A DNA stretch of 55,773 nucleotides, the filler included, from Circinaria calcarea (taxonomy: Eukaryota), in the NCBI GenBank assembly GCA_051942165.1. It is 4 parts of 4 records of this genome, joined end to end, with 100 filler letters (N's around TTAATTAATTAA, not from the genome) between each part and the next. Parts side by side here need not be neighbours in the genome. Positions count along the whole stretch, not along the records: positions 41,912 to 55,773 come from JAVECS010000472.1; 3 more parts are not named here. One strand, 5' to 3'. Positions 49,412-55,773 of the stretch are shown here, in pieces (within the stretch, counting starts at the first letter, position 1; each line of letters starts with the position of its first letter). Below the pieces are notes generated by a model. The model made no database searches. It was given only the letters and a program-made list of their open reading frames with translations, and had not been told where the DNA came from. Position numbers and translations under genes: made by a program.

Positions 49412-52400
49412 TTACAATGCCGGGTTCAATCCATCAACTTCGCCTTCCCCTGACATATCTGGCGATGATACCATATTTAGATTTCTGATCTCCCACCCAT
49501 CGCTCTCCTGTAGCCATTCCCTTTGTTCACCTAGAACTGCTATATTGGCGCTTTTGATTCCCTCAACAAGAAACTGGTGAGCTACGTCTTTGACGTCCTC
49601 TTTTTGGACATCCAATAATTGCTCTCTCTTTTTTTGTTCCATCTCTTCATCGACACCGCTGAGAAACCTCGTCATACCCTCCTCACTTACACTTTCCGGA
49701 GCATCGACGCCTTGAAAAACACTCAGCTTAGCTTCTTCGAGGTCTTGATCGGTCCACTCCCTGTCTCGCGCCCATCGTCCTGCATCCTGCATGATCTTCA
49801 TGGTATTTTGCGGATTGGGATCTCGATAGCTGTAGTAGCCGAAAAGCCCACTGAGACCTTTAGCGTAGGCGCCACCACCATAGGCGCCACCCTTTTCACG
49901 TATCTCATGATGTAGGTGTTTGTGGGTAAGTAATTGAGAAAGGATCTGAAGAGATGCGCCTGAAGCATGAGAGTACGGTACAGTAGGGAAGGCTAATGCA
50001 GAGTAGTAGACTTGGTACGGGAGGGGAAAAAATGTTTTTGAACTGCAATTGTGTGACAGCAATGGGTTCTGAGAGTCAGGCATTTGTGGTTGACGTGGCA
50101 AGCTGGATAGAAACTGTTGTAGGGCAGCCTCATTGCTTGAAACTGACTCTGGACCACAGTTGATTGCCGCCCGGAGAAAGGACGATCTAGAAATAGCGAA
50201 TTGCTGGATAGCTTTAAGCTTTGCTATGATATCACTCAGACCTTGGGTCGGCGAGCGAGACGCAAGAGCAGCGACTTGCTGCACTTGCGTAAGTCCACTG
50301 GTCTGCTCACTGAGCATAGCCTGTGCACTTAGCCCAGCCTCTGCAAACCGCCGAGCGTAAGAATGTCCTGAGTTCGCAACTGCATTGAGAGCCCCACTGG
50401 CATCACCCTGAAGTAACTGCCTTATCTTAACTTCGGCTTCCGGGCCATCGAAGTTAGTTTCTTGTATGACAGTTCGAAGCAGCTCATACATGGCGGGAAC
50501 ATTCTTATCTAACGCATACCCAGATATCGAAAGACCTTCACGGCAGACTTGAATATCTGTAGGTGAGGTTGTTGAATGATATGCTGCTCTTATACCTCCA
50601 GTCTTGAGCTTTATGAGATCTTCGAGCTGCTCCATGGATTTGTCCTTAGTTCCAAGTCTCATAATGCTATCGGTGAAGAGGGGAATAAGCATTCTCAAAT
50701 CCTCAGGTAGTCCTTGTAATGTATTGATTGCACGGAAGTAGGTAAGACCATTAGTACTCGCTTCTCGCCATTGTATTTTCACATCATCAAGACTTGAGCT
50801 ACGAATGACTTTTTTTTCCATCTGTCGAGGTATGTCCGCAACTCTGACCGTAGGTAGACAGCTCAAGTCTTGATTTCTTGCCTTATCTTGCACTTCGAGC
50901 AGTTGGAGTTCTCGCTTTGTAAGTTGTTTGTAAGCCTGAGCCTTGCCGCCAGCCTTTTCCGAAACCTCTGCAATTTTCCTGGCTAAACGAGACAGTTCCT
51001 CGCTTTCCAGATCGTCCCCATAAGTAGCAGATGGCTCCATTGTAAAAGTCAAGGTTCTATCATTTAACAGATATTTCTCCAGTAACTTCTCGAGATATCG
51101 ATCCTCTGTAAATCTCCGCTTGAAGGCAGATACGGTTTCATCCCAGGCCAGTGAATCAAAAGGATCCACACCATTGAACCAGCCTGGCTGAAGTCGCTGC
51201 ATGAGACCCATACCGAAAGTAGCGGTCTTATGTTTCAAACCAAGCTCGAGCTGATGTAGCAGACCATCGACCTTTGCTTTATCAAACCCTTGTTCATGAA
51301 TGCCATGAAGTACCTGCGCGATAGAGTTTTTCACCTTTGGTACATCGACTTCTTTGACACCGTTCAAACCCACGGAAAATATTCCCACTTTCCCAGCAGT
51401 ATCGAAACCGGTGTTGGGACTCCAGTCTGGACCAAGGCCAGCTTCGATCAGACCTCGATACAGAGGTGAGCCATAGCCATCCAGAAGGAGCGAGGACATG
51501 ACCCCTAGAGAGAATGTTTCCAAGACGTCCGAGGCATCGCCCATCAGCCATGAGGTGGAAGTCTTATATTGCATACTCTTATCCACTAAAGGATCAATAG
51601 GGCCCTTTACCATGATATTCCGTGGCCCGTCTTCAAGACTGATTGGTAATTTGACAGCCTTGTCGGCTTGGATTCTGTTAAACATGTCCAGCTGGCGGTC
51701 GACTTCAATGAGGTGATCTGCAAGAGGCATATCACCGTAGGTGAAGAGCTTCGCATTGCTCGGATGATAGTTCTGAGCGTGGAATTGTTTAAGATCGTTG
51801 TAAGTTAGATCAGTCATCTTTTGAGGATCCCCACCTGAGTTGTGGATATCCGGAAATATATGGTCCTGGAATTTGATATAGTATAGATAGCTGGCATCCG
51901 ACATTTGGCCTTTCATCTCGTTGTATACCACGCCTTTAAAAACCAGCTTTCCATCTTCCTGATTTCCAGGCTCTTGGGTAGCATACTCCTGAGGATTCTG
52001 CGGCCCTATTCTCCATCCTTCTTGGGTGAAGTCGCTCTCGTTCAATAAAGGGCGTAGGGTAGCGTCCAGATAGACCGACATCAGGTTGTTGAAGTCCTTT
52101 CGGTTAGTTGTTGCAAACGGGTACGTGGTATGATCTGGGGAGGTGAAAGCGTTCATGAAGTTTGAAAGAGATCGGGGTAGCATTTTGAAGAACGGATCAC
52201 GGACGGGGTACCTAACCTCCAGTTAGCATCTTCTTCGTATTGGCAACGCTCTATACTACGTACTTCTTGCTCCCACATAGCGTGGTGTGTTCCAATATGT
52301 GAGGTACCCCAGTATCGTCTGGCGGGTTTGTCTTGAACCCGATAGAAAAGACATTGTTCTTGTCATCCCTTGCCACGTGGAGGTACTCGGCACCGGTCTT

Positions 52401-52628
52401 TTCGTGCTGAAGATGGAAAGCCGTGAGCTGAAGCTCTGGGACATGCTTCGTCCGCTTAAAGGTAAAGCCATGTAGTTTCTCTCCCGGCTTGGGGTAGTTG
52501 CTAGGGTCAGTCACGGTAGCGTAGTGCTGCGTTCTCAATCGCCCATGTTGACAAGGCTGCTGTCGGAGCAATAGTAGAGGGCGAGCTCTTAGACCTCTCC
52601 CTGGACATCTTAATGGTCTACGGAGCAT
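49412..52628 (-). CDS. CYM1: Mitochondrial presequence protease (pitrilysin family M16C); 2 exons
   Basis: Arg/Leu-rich presequence MLRRPLRC, inverted zinc motif HILEH...[38 protein letters not shown] and SYRDP. Intron 52263-52212. Confidence 0.95.
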
Positions 52629-53762
52629 AGCGACCACGGGGGATGCGAAATTCAGGACGCGTTCAACTCGACGAAGCACAACATACTTTGTACATAATGT
52701 TTTGACTAATCATATTCTTGGGATCCTCGGCTATATGGTAGGGTATCGGTTGTCTTGCTCTTTACGTCAGCGGCAGGGGGGGTCTGTTGCCATATTGATC
52801 CATAGCTCGACGCATCCAAAGGGACGCAACGGACAATCAAGGCCCTGTGGACAGATAAGAATAAGGTAGTTTCTCTGATTCACGAGATCAGACAGCGACG
52901 GAGAAAAGAAAGCCATAGGAGTACCGATTGTTCTTGAATATATCTTAATCAATTTGTTTCGCCGACGCCATCCATCGCAGTAGCAGTAGATCCATCTCAT
53001 TAGCCGAGACTAGAGCCTACCGTCCTAACAGAAGACTGCAAAACATACGACCAGTTAAGGACCCGTTTTCAGTCAACCTTCACGCAGGCGGCTTCTTCCA
53101 GGTCTCGATACAGTATCTCGGATAACGCTGTTCCACATAGCAGCATATTCTAGCAGGAACTGGGACTGCCGAGTGCCGAAGGGATAAGCATCGAAGTCAA
53201 CATCTCCTAGAAATCGCATGAACGATGGCAGCAGCGGTGTCACAGTAATGGATCAGACTGGTCTGCCACTAAGTCTACAAACCACGAGAGAAATAGTGGG
53301 CTGCATCGAATTAGTCCCAAGGCAAGTAGAATACGGCGAAGTGGAAGCACGGGAGGTCGCCCGCAGATTTGACTGTCACGGTTTCATCCCACTGTACACT
53401 TGAAAGTCCAAAGAGTACACAGCAATCTGGAAAACGCTCTGCCATCTCCTTTACCACGGAATACGGGGGCTGGTAAGCACCCCATACTTTCTACAGGGAA
53501 CCTGTTTTGACACTCCCACCAAAAGCCAAGGTGACCCCATCTTCGGCATAGTTGTGTTCGCCGAGTTCAATAGAGGACTGTTATCAATATATACCTTGGC
53601 GATCCTCACAATACAAAACACCTTATACTATTACATCCCTAAACAACGCAGCGGGGTCGAAAATTGGACTGTTGTGATCGGGGCTACCGTTGCCTCTTCT
53701 ATTATCAGAGCCATATAAGTCTGCCTACGACACAAATACATAAGGAGGAGCCCCTAGTAAAC

Positions 53763-55414
53763 ATGTCCGCAGTGAACGGTCATGTGGGGTCGCTGGACTC
53801 CCCAGCGTCTGAGAACGCGGCAGCAGCTCCACCAATGGCGCCTACAACTACGAAAGCAAAAGGCAAGAAGGCCGTAGATCCCAATGAGACAGGCAAATTA
53901 CTAGCTGCAAAAATCAACCAGCTTGAATTGGATGCTGCTGGGGAGAAGGATCAAGAACTTGAAATTGGTAAGTTTTCTTATGTTGAGTAATAAGTCTAGT
54001 GGCTTGCTACACTTAGGCTCTGTATCGCATAATGCACGTCTCCACCTGTTGTGCAGATGGGGTTTCCTGACTATTACCGGAAGGCTAACACGCTCCACCT
54101 TTCCAAACAGAGCGAGAGGTTCGAAAAGCCACCCGAGATCTCAACAACCTTTTGGCAGGGATGGGAACACCACTGGAACGTATGGATGCTTTACAGAAGA
54201 GAAACTCGGAGCTGTTTGCCGATATGAAAAGACTCGAGAGAGAGCATGTCAAAGGCAAGAAACGTGCGGATCAACTACAAAAGGAGAAGGATTCAGGGCG
54301 TTCTGAGCTCAGCAAGACTTTGAGTATGAAGGAGAAGCTAGAAAAGCTCTGCCGCGAATTGACACGTGAAAACAAGAAGATGAAGGTGCGTGGGTTTAGT
54401 CACACAGTCTATTGGATTGCGAGTTTCAACGTTGGAAAAGGAATATGTCGCTGACCGGGGCTGTCTGGAATTAGGAAGAACATCGGAAGTTGGAAGACAC
54501 GGAGAAGAAGAGTCGGGAGTTGCTAAGTGACAGAGCCGAAGGCTTACTCTGGGACATAGATGACATTATGGAGCAAAAAGAGAACCCAGAAAGCCAAAAA
54601 CTGAACATGGAAACGGACGAGCTGTAAGTGCCTCCGTGTTATTGGGATGAGTTGAAGAACTAGGCAACTCACTGTCTGCAGGTTCCGGCAAAAATTCAAA
54701 TCCTTCATGGACCAATTCGACATGCGAGAACTTCACTTCCATTCCCTTTCACGCACCAAAGAGTGTGAAGTTCAGTACAATCTTGCCCGCTACGAACATC
54801 AACGCAAGATTGCCGAAAATGAGACGGCACGTTCGAGAGCACTCAGCGCGCAGGTATCCACTTTCTCTCAAACCGAAACAGAGTTGAGAAGCCAACTCAA
54901 CATCTACGTTGAAAAATTCAAACAGGTCGAAGATACCCTCAACAACTCGAATGACCTCTTCCTGACTTTTCGTAAAGAGATGGAAGAGATGTCGAAGAAG
55001 ACGAAACGCCTCGAAAAGGAAAATCTTAACCTTACCCGAAAGCATGATCTTACCAACCGCAACATTCTAGAGATGGCAGAAGAGCGGACACGTACCAACA
55101 AGGAACTGGAGACTCTGCGGAAGAAAAACAACACGCTGGAGAGCGTCATCCGACGCATGCAAGAACAAGGCCGAGCTCCTGCAGCGGCGGAAGGGGACGA
55201 GGAAGGGACGGAAAGCGATTACGACGAGGAAGACTACGACGAGGAAGAAGGCAGCGAAGAAGGTGAGTACGACGACGACACGGAGGAGGAGATTGCGCTG
55301 CAAGCTACCGCCGGTGGTCTTCCTGCCTTTGGCCCGGTGCCTCCGCCCCCGACGAGTCATCAAGCCCTCGTCAATGGCAAAGTCAACGGTGAGGTTAACG
55401 GTGTCAAGCATTAG
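53763..55414 (+). CDS. Taxilin-family coiled-coil protein; 4 exons
   Basis: KEKLEKLCRELTRENK, QFDMRELHF, ETELRSQLNIYVEKFKQVEDTLNNSNDLFLTFRKEMEEMSKK and an acidic C-terminal tail. Confidence 0.88.
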
Positions 55415-55773
55415 TTTAGGCCTAGTGGGGGCAAAAACAGTACCGAAAGAATAGCTTCTTCCTCTAGCATCGCCTTTTTAAAAATAAAAACGTTTCCAAG
55501 GCCTTCACTCGACATGCATGATAGTAAACAAAGAACGACGCGGTGATTCTCTATAACGGGAGGAATTTCATGACAATGCCAAAGTAAGATACATGCACTA
55601 AGGTTTTGGCAACGGACAGCTGCCACAACTCCCTAATGAAAAGGATAACATAAAATATGAAGGCACGAAATGCAAATGTAATATAGACTACAAAAACTCC
55701 CAATTAGGTAGGTAAGGTAGGTATTTACAACTTACTCCTCACTCCGCTCTCACCCTCCACCCCACCCCCAACA

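Noticed and set aside
52767..53403. Short ORFs and splice-like signals between CYM1 and the taxilin gene
   Set aside because: I could not build a coherent spliced reading frame or recognise any motif.
53968..54110. C/D snoRNA in taxilin intron 1 (ATGTTGA...CTGA)
   Set aside because: The C box is imperfect and I recognised no rRNA-complementary guide.

Overview
This is fungal nuclear DNA from a filamentous ascomycete (Pezizomycotina-type genes with short GT..CTRAY..YAG introns). It is not one locus. Three identical 100-nt artificial spacers (44 N + TTAATTAATTAA + 44 N) join four unrelated contigs of 13872, 13871, 13868 and 13862 bp. Contig 1 holds a DCR2-like metallophosphoesterase, GPC1, SMC1, two orphan ORFs and a 14-bp minisatellite. 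Contig 2 holds a secreted GMC oxidoreductase with an unusual internal G/P/N loop and an S/T-rich tail, GCP4, NBP35, CHO2 and a partial ARC1. Contig 3 holds a gephyrin/CnxE Mo-insertase, VMA16, TFIIA-gamma, a TMEM42-like gene, EXO84, TOM20, a PTH11-like pseudogene and an SRPK-like kinase. Contig 4 holds a partial POL31, a cell-surface kelch-like protein, CYM1 presequence protease and a taxilin-family protein. Most content is housekeeping. The best leads are two candidate intron-encoded snoRNAs (H/ACA-like in the long TMEM42 intron, C/D-like in a cnxE intron), the architecture of the GMC oxidoreductase, and the orphan genes. I see no CRISPR array, rRNA, tRNA or intact transposon. Exon boundaries were read by eye, and product calls rest on recognised motifs rather than database searches.
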